Shown: one piece after another, positions 49,605 through 58,897 of the stretch
How the letters are laid out: every line of letters starts with the position of its first letter
How positions within the stretch are numbered: position 1 is the stretch's first letter
Source of the DNA: a virus
IMG/VR virus record: IMGVR_UViG_3300036861_001052
Location: 64,001-128,000 of that record
Strand: one strand, 5' to 3'
Length of the DNA: 64,000 bases
Notes under the pieces: model-generated
What the model saw: the letters and a program-made list of their open reading frames with translations, nothing else
Databases searched by the model: none
Told to the model about the DNA's origin: nothing
Made by a program: the position numbers and the translations under genes

Positions 49605-49868
49605 ATGGGAACGAAAGTCATTCGAACGACGCCCGACCGTTGGCATGTATCCGTCACCGTGAACCCGACGACGTTTGCTCCAGATGATCCGGCGCGAGCC
49701 ATGGCGCTGCATGTGGGGTGCACTTGCATCGTGCATGCGCAATACGTGCACGGCTCCGTTGTTGAAGTGGTCGAGCGGGCGCTTGAGGCGCTCGCTCTCT
49801 CGCCCGCGCTGGACAACCTCGGCGTTTACGCGGCCACCCAGGGAATCTCAGTCGAGCCCGAAAGATAA
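49605..49868 (+). CDS. Hypothetical protein
   Basis: Fills gap. Confidence 0.5.
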   Translation: MGTKVIRTTPDRWHVSVTVNPTTFAPDDPARAMALHVGCTCIVHAQYVHGSVVEVVERALEALALSPALDNLGVYAATQGISVEPER

Positions 49869-49883
49869 AGGAGAAAACAACAC

Positions 49884-50258
49884 ATGTCCGACCCAGAACC
49901 CGCGACGGAGTCCCCCGAGGCAACCCCGGCCCCAGAGAGCGAGAGCGGCTGGCTCATCTATCACGAGCGTCCCGTGATGCTCCAGCTCCGACAGCCGTAC
50001 ATCGGCGTCACCTACAACGCCAGGGCAGCGGACGGCGTCTACCGCGCGTCCATGAATGCCGAAGGGCACGTGCGCGCGAGTCCCATCCTGAGCGGAGTGC
50101 TCTTCGTGCGTCAGAGCGGAACGCCGAGCGGCGTCCTCTTGATTCTGAGAGTGCCAATTCCGGAGACGCACGACTTTACCCTCATCGCTCTTCATCCGGA
50201 CGATGTGCTCTACTGCACGCACATCCACCAGGCTGATAGCCGCATCGTCACTCCGTGA
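49884..50258 (+). CDS. Hypothetical beta-rich protein
   Basis: AAAGGAG RBS. Confidence 0.7.
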   Translation: MSDPEPATESPEATPAPESESGWLIYHERPVMLQLRQPYIGVTYNARAADGVYRASMNAEGHVRASPILSGVLFVRQSGTPSGVLLILRVPIPETHDFTLIALHPDDVLYCTHIHQADSRIVTP

Positions 50259-50884
50259 TCCTCGGCCGCACGAATTCGTTCCGGCGCTGGCTCTTCGATC
50301 GCGTCTCGAGCACTCCCTGGGCAACGAAGTCGATGTCGGATGCGGACGTCGAGCGCGCGGCCCACGAGCTCGGACTCGACGCGGAGTTTTTGCTCGAGGT
50401 GCGCGCCGAGACGAGGATCCGCCGGAACAAGCGCGGCTTTGCGGGACAGCTCAATGAAAAGAGGATGCTCTACCAGTACCATCTCTTCATGCCGGAGGTG
50501 GTCTGGAACGACTGGCACCGCGAGTGTGCATTCCGGGGCGTGGGAGGACCGATCCTACTTCGGAGTCTCATCCACGATTACCTTCTCGGCGACAGGGAGC
50601 CGCTCCCGGCAGGATCCTGGTACTGGAAGGGCAAGCGCTACGAGATGGGCGAGAACAAGAAGAGATGGAAGTTTCTCGAGCGCGCGGCAATGCCCCATGG
50701 GGCCAGGCGAGCTCTGCGCGCGCGTGCGGAGCGGCTCGGCACGATGCCTACGGCGGTTGCCCGCGCGCTCGTCATCGAGGCGATGAGCGGGCTTCACAGG
50801 GACGTGCCGCTCGTCGAGACGGGGATGATGTTCGATGACGAGAGGCGATATTTGGCCCGGGTTCCGGGGGCGCTTGACCGGTAG
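50255..50884 (+). CDS. Putative DNA-binding protein (tandem RHH-like)
   Basis: Two strand-helix-helix-like segments ending LLRSLI and VARALV. Confidence 0.5.
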   Translation: MILGRTNSFRRWLFDRVSSTPWATKSMSDADVERAAHELGLDAEFLLEVRAETRIRRNKRGFAGQLNEKRMLYQYHLFMPEVVWNDWHRECAFRGVGGPILLRSLIHDYLLGDREPLPAGSWYWKGKRYEMGENKKRWKFLERAAMPHGARRALRARAERLGTMPTAVARALVIEAMSGLHRDVPLVETGMMFDDERRYLARVPGALDR

Positions 50885-50903
50885 GGCCCCTGCCGGTTAG
50901 CCT
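50874..50903 (+). promoter_or_regulatory. Sigma70-like promoter
   Basis: TTGACC-18nt-TAGCCT, 7 nt before ATG 50911. Confidence 0.5.
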
Positions 50904-50910
50904 CTAGCGT

Positions 50911-51366
50911 ATGGCCATCGCCGTGGGCGACCGGGTACGACCGAGGCTGTCGAGCTCAGCGCTCGCCGCCTCCCGCCTGAATCCCCAGCCGCCGATACTC
51001 GGGGTCGTGACCAGGATCGTGGCGGGCGCCCCGAACCTGATCTTCGCGACCATCGCCGATAACGGCATCACGTGGTCGATCAACGCGAGCGCCCTCTCCC
51101 CGAACGGAGTCAGCGAAAGCTCGCTCGACCAGATCACGGCGCCCGATCCGACGATCCGCGACGCCTTCATCGACAAGGTCGTCGTCGGCTTTCGTTCGGC
51201 GATCTCAGATCCCCTCGATCTCTCCGAGCAGTACACGTCCGAGTACATCGGCATCGTCGTCGATGTCTACAACGTGAACGCCGTCGCGACCGTGCTCATC
51301 AAAACGCAGACGGGGGTCTTCTACGAGCTCCCCATCACGCGCGTCGCAATCCTGCCGTTTCGGTGA
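50911..51366 (+). CDS. Beta-rich hypothetical protein, paralogue of 51370
   Basis: L.PQ.P..G; LD.I..P; F...VV; E[YF].G.V...Y; G.[FY][YF]E. Confidence 0.75.
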   Translation: MAIAVGDRVRPRLSSSALAASRLNPQPPILGVVTRIVAGAPNLIFATIADNGITWSINASALSPNGVSESSLDQITAPDPTIRDAFIDKVVVGFRSAISDPLDLSEQYTSEYIGIVVDVYNVNAVATVLIKTQTGVFYELPITRVAILPFR

Positions 51367-51369
51367 ACC

Positions 51370-51852
51370 ATGGCAGACGTACAAAAGGTCGTTGCGGCTC
51401 GCATTCAGGCGACGTCGCTTTCCGCCGTCCAGCAACCGAGCCTCCAGCCCCAGGGCCCGCGCTTCGGTAACATCATCGCCGAGGAGTCTAGCGAGCTCCC
51501 CCCGAACGAGATCCGGACCGTCCTCTGGGACAATGGCCTGGTGGACGACGTGGACGCCGACAGCGTCGCGGCGCTCAATCTCGATGTCATCGAAAATCCA
51601 GCGGCCGACGTCATTTCGACCTTCGAGGGACAGGTCGTCCTTCGTATTGCGCCAGAGGGCGCCGTGCCGGGCGACGCGGCAGGCGGCACGAGCCGGGAGT
51701 TTTCCGGGCTCGTCCTCGCCATCTACAAGCGAACTCCGATCGAAGCGGAGGCGGGAAGCGGCGACGACTTCCTCCTCGTGCTCAATTCGTCGGGCACTTA
51801 CTTCGAGGACCTCGCCGGATCTTTCACGGTGCTCCGAAACCAGACGCCCTAA
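51370..51852 (+). CDS. Beta-rich hypothetical protein, paralogue of 50911
   Basis: Same motif order. Confidence 0.75.
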   Translation: MADVQKVVAARIQATSLSAVQQPSLQPQGPRFGNIIAEESSELPPNEIRTVLWDNGLVDDVDADSVAALNLDVIENPAADVISTFEGQVVLRIAPEGAVPGDAAGGTSREFSGLVLAIYKRTPIEAEAGSGDDFLLVLNSSGTYFEDLAGSFTVLRNQTP

Positions 51853-54800
51853 AACGGCGCTGTCATCGCCGTCATCATGCGGAGCGGGCTCGGCATGACC
51901 TCGCTCGCGCTCCGGATGGGGCGGAGCCCTGCCTCGAAGGCGTTCCGGGTGAGGAGGCGCCTCGGTGGGGCGTTCGGCAGGAGCTCTTCGTCCTCGTCCT
52001 CGCCGCCGACGGAGAAGTAGGTCTGGGGCGCTTTGGGCGCCTCGAGCACGGCTCTTCGTGGGCCCCCCTCCCGCGAGACGACCACGGTCGGCCGGCGCCG
52101 CATGACCTGAATATTGCCGCTCTCGACGGCAGATCGAGCGATGGCCTCGGTGACGTCCGGGCTCGGGAGGGCAATTTCTGCCCGGACGGAATCCTGGACG
52201 AGCCCTGCCTCGAGCACTTCGGCCGCTCCTGCCTCGTCGAGGCCCTCCTCGACGGCGATCCGGCGGAGGTCGTCCTCGCGGAGATCTTCGCTACTCCGGA
52301 GGATCCTGCGGGAGGCCTGCCGGAAGCCCGCCAGGTAGCGGAGGCGCGCCTTTTGTCCCGAGAGGCCGAGCTCGGCGGCGAGCCGCTTCTCGACTACCTC
52401 GGGGCAGGGAACGATCCAGGCGATGTAGGAGAGCATGACCGAGTAGAGAAGGCTGTACTCACTCGAGCGCTCGCCGCCGCGCAGGACGGGGATCCCATGG
52501 CGCCGGACGTGCTCCCACATGCCGCGCGCCGCCCTCCGCATCACGCACTCCGAGTCCCGCCCGTCGTAGCGGCGCCCGAACTCCTCTCGGAACGCCGCCG
52601 TGTGCACGATGGTCCGCTTCTTCGTGTCGATCCGGAAGGAGTCCTTGTCGAAGAGCGTGCTCCGGAGAATGTTGGCGTCGACGAGCTCGACACTAGCCGA
52701 TGGAAACGCCGCACGCAGGAGCGCCTCGATGCGGGCGTCGAGGGGCCTCGGGAGAGACGGCCGCTCCACCTTCGGATCGCCGACGCCGAGTGCGGCGAGC
52801 CTTTCCGTGATGAGCTTGAGGGTCTCGCGCTCCCGCTCGGCCTCGTCTTTTTCTTTGGCGCGCGACGCCTTCCGGAGCGACTCGACGCTCTCGTAGTAGC
52901 CCTTGAGGAGCTCGCGGGCTTCGCTGACTTGGATCTTCATCGCCTCCTCGGCGAAGCCGACTTCGGCGGAGCGCTCTTTCTCGCGCGCCACCGACAGATC
53001 CTGCCCCGTGATGGATCCGATCCATTTCAGAAACCAGGAAAACTCCTCCGGACTCTTGTCGTAGATGTCGCGCACGGGATCATCTGCGAGAAACCAATCC
53101 GGGAGCTCTTCGGCCGGGCTCACGCCGACGAGAGAGGCCTCGGCAAACTTCTCCATGAAGGCCGTCCACTCTTCGTCGTCCCGCTCGCTCCCACGCGGCC
53201 GCTCGATGTGCTCGAACGCCCGCACCGTCGTCGTGTAGCGCTCGGCGTTCTGCTCGAGCCAGCGGGCGAGGTAGTCGTCGTCGTGGGCGCGGATGTCTTT
53301 ACCGACCCGCGCTTCCGCATCGAACGGCACGAACCGAAACTTCCCCTTCGTGCCGCGGGATAGGCCCCGCTGGATCTCCTGGAACGCTCCCCACCACCGG
53401 TCGAGCCCGAAGGCTTTCGTCGGCGAGGTCTTCATCCACTCGGCGCGAAGAGCCTCGACTTTGGCAAACAGCGTGGGCGCTTTGATCTCCGAATAGAGCT
53501 GCTCGCCCGCGAAGACCGGCAAGGGGGGCACCGTGACCGTCTTCGTCTTCCCCTCCTTGTCCCGTACGGTGACCGTGACTTCTCCGTGCTTGGAGGCAGA
53601 GCCGCGCGCAAACCACGGAAGGAGCGAGAGCTCGCCGAGGCCGTAGCTCAAGGGCCACGGGTCGTAGTGCTCGCCGAGCCAGTGGTCTGCCTGCACCATG
53701 TCCTTGCCACGGCGCTCGTAGAGCGCGACCGTGCCAGGGCTCTTTCCCTGGCGGGGCTCGACGCGGGTGAAGTGGATCTTTTCTCGCGCTTCGTCGCGGT
53801 GCGAGCCCGGTGGGGCGCCGATGTCCGCGTACGCGTAGAAGGGGGAGCCGCGGGAGATGTCCTTCTTCGGCGGCGCGGGCGGCTCCTCGTCCTCGGCGAT
53901 CGCGACGAGGCCTCCCTCTGTCGCGGGCTCGGGCCCCATCTTCGGCGACTCGGCGACGAGAGTCGGATCGGCCTCTTCCCTGGCTTGGACGCCGTAGGTC
54001 TCGATGACTCGCGCGGGGGGAGGCACGGCCGGCGGCGTCCCGGCAGCCGCCCCGCCGGCAATGTACTCGAGGATCTCGTTTTGGCCGGACAGCACATCGA
54101 GCTCGCGTTCGTCTTCGATGTAGCCCTCGGTCACGACCACGCTCGAGTGACCGAGGATGCTCTGGATCTCCCGGATGGGTTTCCCCCGCTTCGACATCGC
54201 CGTCGCGGCGAAGTGCCGGAAGGCGTGGCTGTAGACGAGGCGGCTCTCCTCTGCCGAGAGGCCCGCTTTCTCGGCGATGCGCTTTAGAAGCGCCCGGAGA
54301 CACCACCTCGACATGGGCCGGCTGTGAGCGGGCCGCACGTTGGGTTTCATCTCCTGATACTGCGAGGGGGAGTTCGCTCCCCAGAAAGCGACCGGAGGAA
54401 AGAGCGGCGCGTCGGTCTCTTCGGAGAGCGCCCGGTAGCGCCAGGCTGCGCCCCCGCGCGGGACGTAGAGCTGCCCCTTCGGATCCTCGGACTGAGCGCC
54501 GGGGGGCGCCGCGCGCGCCGCGAGGGCCGACTGAAAGTCGTAGAGCGATCGGAGCGCGTACGGCGGGTAGGGAAGCCTGTGATGGACGCCGCCCTTCCGG
54601 ACGAGCTCGACCATGACGGGAGCTGTGCGCGGCTCGAGCCAGCCGGGCGTCCTCTCGAGCTCGGTCGCCTTCGGCTTCTCGCGAGTGAGCCGGCGGGCCT
54701 CGGTGGCTCGGACTCCCGTGAGGACCAGAAACCAGAAGATGGCGGCGTCGCGCTTTTCGACGAGCGAAGGCCCGCCGGTCGCGGCGAGGAGGCGCTCGAC

Positions 54801-55688
54801 TATCGCCGGGGTGAGCCTGGGGCGCCGTGCGCGCGCGGCGCGCTTGTCGGCAGAGAGGCCGCGGGAGACTCGCGCCGAGATCTCGTCGAAGACGTTCGTG
54901 CGAACGAGGGGCTCTACGTCCACGTCGGCGCGGGCGAGCTCGGTCCATAGGCGGGAGAGAGCCGCGAGCCGGAGCGCAATCGCCGAGCGTCCGAGCGGCC
55001 GCGGCACGGGCAGGCTGTAGATGAAGATGTCTTCGAGCGGGACTTCTTTCGTGCCGCCGCCGTCGCGCGGCACGGTCACGGTAAAGACGTCGATGCCGAT
55101 CTGGGAGTTCTCCTTACGGAGCTCGGAGAGGGTCGGCGACCGGACGAGGAGATCGTGGAGCACCATGCGGCCGAGCTCGCTCGCGAGCCAGGTCCGGAGG
55201 CCGACGCCGCCCTCGTGGGCGCGCGCGAGCCCCGCCGGAAGGCCGGCGAGGATGCTCTCGAGATCGGCCGAGCCGAGAGACTTCACTAGATCGTAGAGCG
55301 CCAGCCGCTCGGGCTGGTCACCGTCCCTGAGGCGCTCTCCCTCGAGCGTGAAGGATTTGGTCGCGAGCCACTCGACGTAGTCCTCGGCGTCCTTCCGGCT
55401 CACCTCCCGCGGCAGGACCACCCGGCGCTTGACCGTTGCGCTCCACTCGAAAAATTCCGCGATGGCGCGGCCGTACTCCTCCCTGGTCCGGGGTGAGTAC
55501 CTGCCCACATAGGAGCTGTAGCGGCCGCCCGGCGCGTCGGGGCCGGCGATGCGGCTCAAGATCTCCGCGTACCTCTCGGTGACCTTGCGGCTCCCCTCGC
55601 CAAAGGCCTCGGTCCACCGCTCGAGAGCCTCCGGGGTGCGCTTGCCCCTCGCGAGCGCAAGCTCCGGACGGTTCCGACCGAGCATCAC
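51849..55688 (-). CDS. Giant tyrosine recombinase/integrase (1279 aa)
   Basis: RDAAIFWFLVLTGVRATE, VRKGG, HAFRHFAAT, IQSILGHSSVVVTEGY: full R-K-H-R-H-Y set; long C-terminal extension. Confidence 0.92.
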   Translation of the reverse strand: MMLGRNRPELALARGKRTPEALERWTEAFGEGSRKVTERYAEILSRIAGPDAPGGRYSSYVGRYSPRTREEYGRAIAEFFEWSATVKRRVVLPREVSRKDAEDYVEWLATKSFTLEGERLRDGDQPERLALYDLVKSLGSADLESILAGLPAGLARAHEGGVGLRTWLASELGRMVLHDLLVRSPTLSELRKENSQIGIDVFTVTVPRDGGGTKEVPLEDIFIYSLPVPRPLGRSAIALRLAALSRLWTELARADVDVEPLVRTNVFDEISARVSRGLSADKRAARARRPRLTPAIVERLLAATGGPSLVEKRDAAIFWFLVLTGVRATEARRLTREKPKATELERTPGWLEPRTAPVMVELVRKGGVHHRLPYPPYALRSLYDFQSALAARAAPPGAQSEDPKGQLYVPRGGAAWRYRALSEETDAPLFPPVAFWGANSPSQYQEMKPNVRPAHSRPMSRWCLRALLKRIAEKAGLSAEESRLVYSHAFRHFAATAMSKRGKPIREIQSILGHSSVVVTEGYIEDERELDVLSGQNEILEYIAGGAAAGTPPAVPPPARVIETYGVQAREEADPTLVAESPKMGPEPATEGGLVAIAEDEEPPAPPKKDISRGSPFYAYADIGAPPGSHRDEAREKIHFTRVEPRQGKSPGTVALYERRGKDMVQADHWLGEHYDPWPLSYGLGELSLLPWFARGSASKHGEVTVTVRDKEGKTKTVTVPPLPVFAGEQLYSEIKAPTLFAKVEALRAEWMKTSPTKAFGLDRWWGAFQEIQRGLSRGTKGKFRFVPFDAEARVGKDIRAHDDDYLARWLEQNAERYTTTVRAFEHIERPRGSERDDEEWTAFMEKFAEASLVGVSPAEELPDWFLADDPVRDIYDKSPEEFSWFLKWIGSITGQDLSVAREKERSAEVGFAEEAMKIQVSEARELLKGYYESVESLRKASRAKEKDEAERERETLKLITERLAALGVGDPKVERPSLPRPLDARIEALLRAAFPSASVELVDANILRSTLFDKDSFRIDTKKRTIVHTAAFREEFGRRYDGRDSECVMRRAARGMWEHVRRHGIPVLRGGERSSEYSLLYSVMLSYIAWIVPCPEVVEKRLAAELGLSGQKARLRYLAGFRQASRRILRSSEDLREDDLRRIAVEEGLDEAGAAEVLEAGLVQDSVRAEIALPSPDVTEAIARSAVESGNIQVMRRRPTVVVSREGGPRRAVLEAPKAPQTYFSVGGEDEDEELLPNAPPRRLLTRNAFEAGLRPIRSASEVMPSPLRMMTAMTAPF

Positions 55689-55727
55689 GTTACCATAATC
55701 CTCGAGCCGCTCGATTCCTAGCGGCGT

Positions 55728-56180
55728 TTGGGCTTAGAGTCGGGTGTGCTCCATGCCTCCCGTATCACCGACGATCTCTGGGTCGGCTCCGCTCCGCCTC
55801 CCGGGCACTACTGGGGACGCTTCGACGTGCTGGTCCTCGTCTCGAGCGAGTACCAGCCGGCGTCCCGAGGCTTCCCCGGGCTCATCGTCCGGCGCTTCCC
55901 CTTCGACGACACGGAAGCCATGTCGAAGGCCGACGTAGAAGCGGCCTGGCGCGCCGCCGTCGCCGTCGCCGAGGATATCCTCGCTGGCCACCGCGTGCTC
56001 GTGACGTGCAACATGGGCCGGAACCGCTCCGCGCTCGTCGGCGCGCTCGCCCTTCACATGCTGACGGGCATGTCGGGTGAGAAGGCGGCGAAGATCGTCC
56101 GCTCTAAACGGGTCGACGCCCTCGGCGTCCGTGCCCTCTCGAACCCGACGTTCCGAGCGTTTCTTCGGAAACTGCCTTGA
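55728..56180 (+). CDS. Dual-specificity (CX5R) protein phosphatase
   Basis: ITDDLWVGS, FPFDD, VLVTCNMGRNRS. Confidence 0.9.
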   Translation: MGLESGVLHASRITDDLWVGSAPPPGHYWGRFDVLVLVSSEYQPASRGFPGLIVRRFPFDDTEAMSKADVEAAWRAAVAVAEDILAGHRVLVTCNMGRNRSALVGALALHMLTGMSGEKAAKIVRSKRVDALGVRALSNPTFRAFLRKLP

Positions 56181-56436
56181 GGGCGTAGCGGCCGGCCTGG
56201 ATGTCCGTCGCCCAGCGATTGTAGAGCGACTGCTCGATGAGCCGGTAGTGCCCGGACCAGGCTTCTTCGAGCCGGAAGGCGAAGAGGTCCCAGTCGATCT
56301 TTTCCGTGAGCCTCGGATCTCCTGGCCACGCGGCCTTGAGGTAGCGGGAGAGATCTTCTTCGTTGACGGCGAGCGGGTAGACGGCGCTCGTCCGGGTCAC
56401 CTTGTTGATCTTCGTGCGGTGCTTCGGCGGTCTCAT
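56104..56436 (-). CDS. Hypothetical protein
   Basis: Last gene of coupled minus-strand run; 3' overlap with phosphatase. Confidence 0.6.
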   Translation of the reverse strand: MRPPKHRTKINKVTRTSAVYPLAVNEEDLSRYLKAAWPGDPRLTEKIDWDLFAFRLEEAWSGHYRLIEQSLYNRWATDIQAGRYALKAVSEETLGTSGSRGHGRRGRRPV

Positions 56437-56600
56437 CGCTTCGCCGCCTCCGGCTTCGGGTAGATGCGGCCCGAGTACGTGTACTCGAGCACGGTGACCT
56501 TCTGGCCCTTGGCCCAGACGTCGAAGCCCTCGAGAGGCGCCTTCTCGAGCAGGTAGTGCTCACCGTTTTCGCGGATGATGACCCAGATGTGCTCGTTCAT
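56433..56600 (-). CDS. Hypothetical protein
   Basis: GGAG RBS; MNEHIWVIIRE. Confidence 0.65.
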   Translation of the reverse strand: MNEHIWVIIRENGEHYLLEKAPLEGFDVWAKGQKVTVLEYTYSGRIYPKPEAAKR

Positions 56601-56872
56601 GGGCGGTTCTCCTCCATGAGGCCGGAGGCGACAAGCGCCGCTTCGGTGGCAGCGAGACGCGCTTCCAGGCGTTTGATGTGCTGGTGAGCGCAGGCAATCT
56701 CGTGCCCGCGGGCCTCTATGTCGCTCAACCCGCGTCCGCCAAAGGCCAACTCGCGTCCGCACAAGGAACACGCGACTACAACGGATGGGGGCGGTGGCGG
56801 CGCACGCACTGGCCCCATCATATCCGGTGGCTGCTTCACGTGGCTCATGGGGTCCTTTCTGGTGCCGCTCAC
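56597..56872 (-). CDS. Hypothetical protein
   Basis: CSLC, coiled tail. Confidence 0.5.
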   Translation of the reverse strand: MSGTRKDPMSHVKQPPDMMGPVRAPPPPPSVVVACSLCGRELAFGGRGLSDIEARGHEIACAHQHIKRLEARLAATEAALVASGLMEENRP

Positions 56873-57337
56873 CTAGGCACCGGCTTTATGTCGCAATGCC
56901 TCCGCTAGCTCCTGGTTCTGCGGGGCCAGGAGAGCGGAGCGCAGGCGAAGCTCATCACTCGCGTCCGCCGCGCCAATGGATCGTAGAAAATCGATCATGA
57001 CGCCGATGACGAGTGCGTTCGTCGGCTCCGGCGTCTTACGGTAGTCGAACGCGCCCGCCATCAGCGTCACTTCTGCAAACGTTGCGTACGGAGCGAGCCT
57101 ATCCTCCAGGTCCTCTGCGCTCGTGTACCCGCGCGGAGAACGCACCTCGCGACCTGTGGCGGCGGCCACAATCGCGACACCAGCGAGAATCTGGCTCGGG
57201 TCCAAAGTCTTCCACTGCCCCACCGTCCGTTCCTTGGTGGAGGGCTTAGCCTTGCGCCTGATCTGGTGTTTCCGGTTTGCTGGCTTCGACTGCTTCAGTC
57301 CCAAATCGGGGTTCGCTGAACGTGATCCGCTCACCAT
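56873..57337 (-). CDS. Hypothetical protein
   Basis: Coupled ORF; start uncertain. Confidence 0.55.
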   Translation of the reverse strand: MVSGSRSANPDLGLKQSKPANRKHQIRRKAKPSTKERTVGQWKTLDPSQILAGVAIVAAATGREVRSPRGYTSAEDLEDRLAPYATFAEVTLMAGAFDYRKTPEPTNALVIGVMIDFLRSIGAADASDELRLRSALLAPQNQELAEALRHKAGA

Positions 57338-57570
57338 GACTCATAATCCGACACGTCGGCCTCCTTCCCGCAGCCCTGGCACTTCACGACGATCTTCGTG
57401 CCGATGCCCGTCGCTGTGAAGCGAAGCGTGAAGTCCAGCGCCGGACCGTGGTGCTTCTTCACGAACGCCGCGATGCTCTTGCGCTCGACGTCTGACACAC
57501 GGAACCAGTCTCGCTGGTCAGAAACAACCGGCGCGGCCTTCTTACGGCTCCGCTGAGTACCCTGCTTCAT
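57331..57570 (-). CDS. Zn-ribbon phage protein
   Basis: FTATGIGTKIVVKCQGCGKEADVSDYESW. Confidence 0.7.
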   Translation of the reverse strand: MKQGTQRSRKKAAPVVSDQRDWFRVSDVERKSIAAFVKKHHGPALDFTLRFTATGIGTKIVVKCQGCGKEADVSDYESW

Positions 57571-57788
57571 CTTCGCGACCCCTTCTTGGTGCTCCTGAGT
57601 AGCGATGCCTGTTTATAAAAAGCTAATTCCAGGATGCGCAGTGTTTCGTTGATCGACGGCGTGACCGCTCCAAGCGTCAAGACACGGGCCTCGTTCACTG
57701 CATGTGCGGCACGCAATGCCTGAATGGCGGACGTGCACCCGACTTGTCGAACGGCGTTCCGTACTCCGGTAGCGTCCTGCTTCATCAT
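57567..57788 (-). CDS. Hypothetical protein
   Basis: Coupled ORF. Confidence 0.5.
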   Translation of the reverse strand: MMKQDATGVRNAVRQVGCTSAIQALRAAHAVNEARVLTLGAVTPSINETLRILELAFYKQASLLRSTKKGSRR

Positions 57789-57790
57789 GA

Positions 57791-58021
57791 CTAGTTGAGT
57801 CCTCCACCTTCGCGCGGCGTGTCGTCGAACACGACCGGCTCGACCTTATGCGGACCGCCGGGACACTTCGCGTCGCGCTGTCCCTCGTCCCAGTGCTCGC
57901 ACCGCGTCGCAGCGGAATAGACCCCCGCGTCGCATTCGGCATCGCCGAGGTTGTGATACGGCAGGTGGCGACGTGCTCCGTCCGGGCAGACGATCTCCCA
58001 ACCGCTCGCGAGCTTGCTCAT
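57791..58021 (-). CDS. Cys-containing hypothetical protein
   Basis: MSKLASGWEIVCPDG... Confidence 0.6.
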   Translation of the reverse strand: MSKLASGWEIVCPDGARRHLPYHNLGDAECDAGVYSAATRCEHWDEGQRDAKCPGGPHKVEPVVFDDTPREGGGLN

Positions 58022-58071
58022 AGGTGTTCCGTCCTTCCGCGGATCAGGCCGCAACCGTGCTTCATTCTCGC

Positions 58072-58293
58072 TCACTCGTCCCCTGTGCTGACCCCGCTCA
58101 CCATCGGACACTCGTTGTCATGTTTGTTGCCTGGCGGCGACGTGTTGCAGAACAGACAATCCCCGGTGTCGCGCCACCAGTCGTAGCACGCCGCGTACAC
58201 CCAGCGTGCGCGCTCATCGCTGGGGATAGGTAGCGGCGCGACCGAAATAAACGCCGACTCCGTACTCTGCTCGTCCGTGTTTGCCATCATCAT
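58072..58293 (-). CDS. Zn-binding hypothetical protein
   Basis: GGAGG RBS; CLFC...H..ECP. Confidence 0.6.
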   Translation of the reverse strand: MMMANTDEQSTESAFISVAPLPIPSDERARWVYAACYDWWRDTGDCLFCNTSPPGNKHDNECPMVSGVSTGDE

Positions 58294-58312
58294 ACCTCCG
58301 TAGCGTCCTGCT

Positions 58313-58639
58313 TCATTCGCGCGGCTCCGATCCGTCTTTGATCCCGGCTGCCAAGCGCGCCCATCGCCGACCCTTTTGGGTCAGCGTAATCGTTGGGGGC
58401 CATGTCAGATTGTCTTTCGTTCCGTGCGACTCAATAACCAGTCCGTGCAGCCGCAAAATGCGCAGCGTGCGCTGCTCCTTCCGCGAGACCTGATGACCCG
58501 GGCTGAATAGCGTGGTGAGCAAAAGTCGCCACTGTGGGACCGTGAGCACTTTCCTTCGATCGCGCTCCGTTGAGGCGCGACGGTCGTCAGAATCGACCGG
58601 CGCGCCCGCCTCGGAATTCGACTGAGTCTCGTGCTTCAT
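58313..58639 (-). CDS. Winged-helix-like hypothetical protein
   Basis: TLRILRLHGLV...ITLTQKGR. Confidence 0.55.
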   Translation of the reverse strand: MKHETQSNSEAGAPVDSDDRRASTERDRRKVLTVPQWRLLLTTLFSPGHQVSRKEQRTLRILRLHGLVIESHGTKDNLTWPPTITLTQKGRRWARLAAGIKDGSEPRE

Positions 58640-58815
58640 CTGCGAACTCCTGTTCGCGCTCTCTTGGTTGTCGCCTCTTGGTAGCGGCGAGCGACGTGCC
58701 TATCGAGGTCATCACTAGGCTTACGGAACGCCCAGATGCCGCGGCCGACATGTACCAACAGCCCTGCCTTTTTCAGGCGCTCAACAGCCCGCAATTCGCT
58801 TTTGCTTGGCTTCAT
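58636..58815 (-). CDS. Small hypothetical protein
   Basis: VERLKKAGLLVHVGRGIW, wHTH-like. Confidence 0.45.
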   Translation of the reverse strand: MKPSKSELRAVERLKKAGLLVHVGRGIWAFRKPSDDLDRHVARRYQEATTKRARTGVRR

Positions 58816-58897
58816 CTCTTGCCACCGAGCCAGACCGCCAACGTACAGACGAACGTGGCTAACAGTCCGCCGACCAGAATTCCTAGGGCCAGGTCGC

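Noticed and set aside
51849-55740. Prophage boundary or att site beside the recombinase
   Set aside because: Phage-like small genes continue on both sides, and no direct repeat or tRNA was seen
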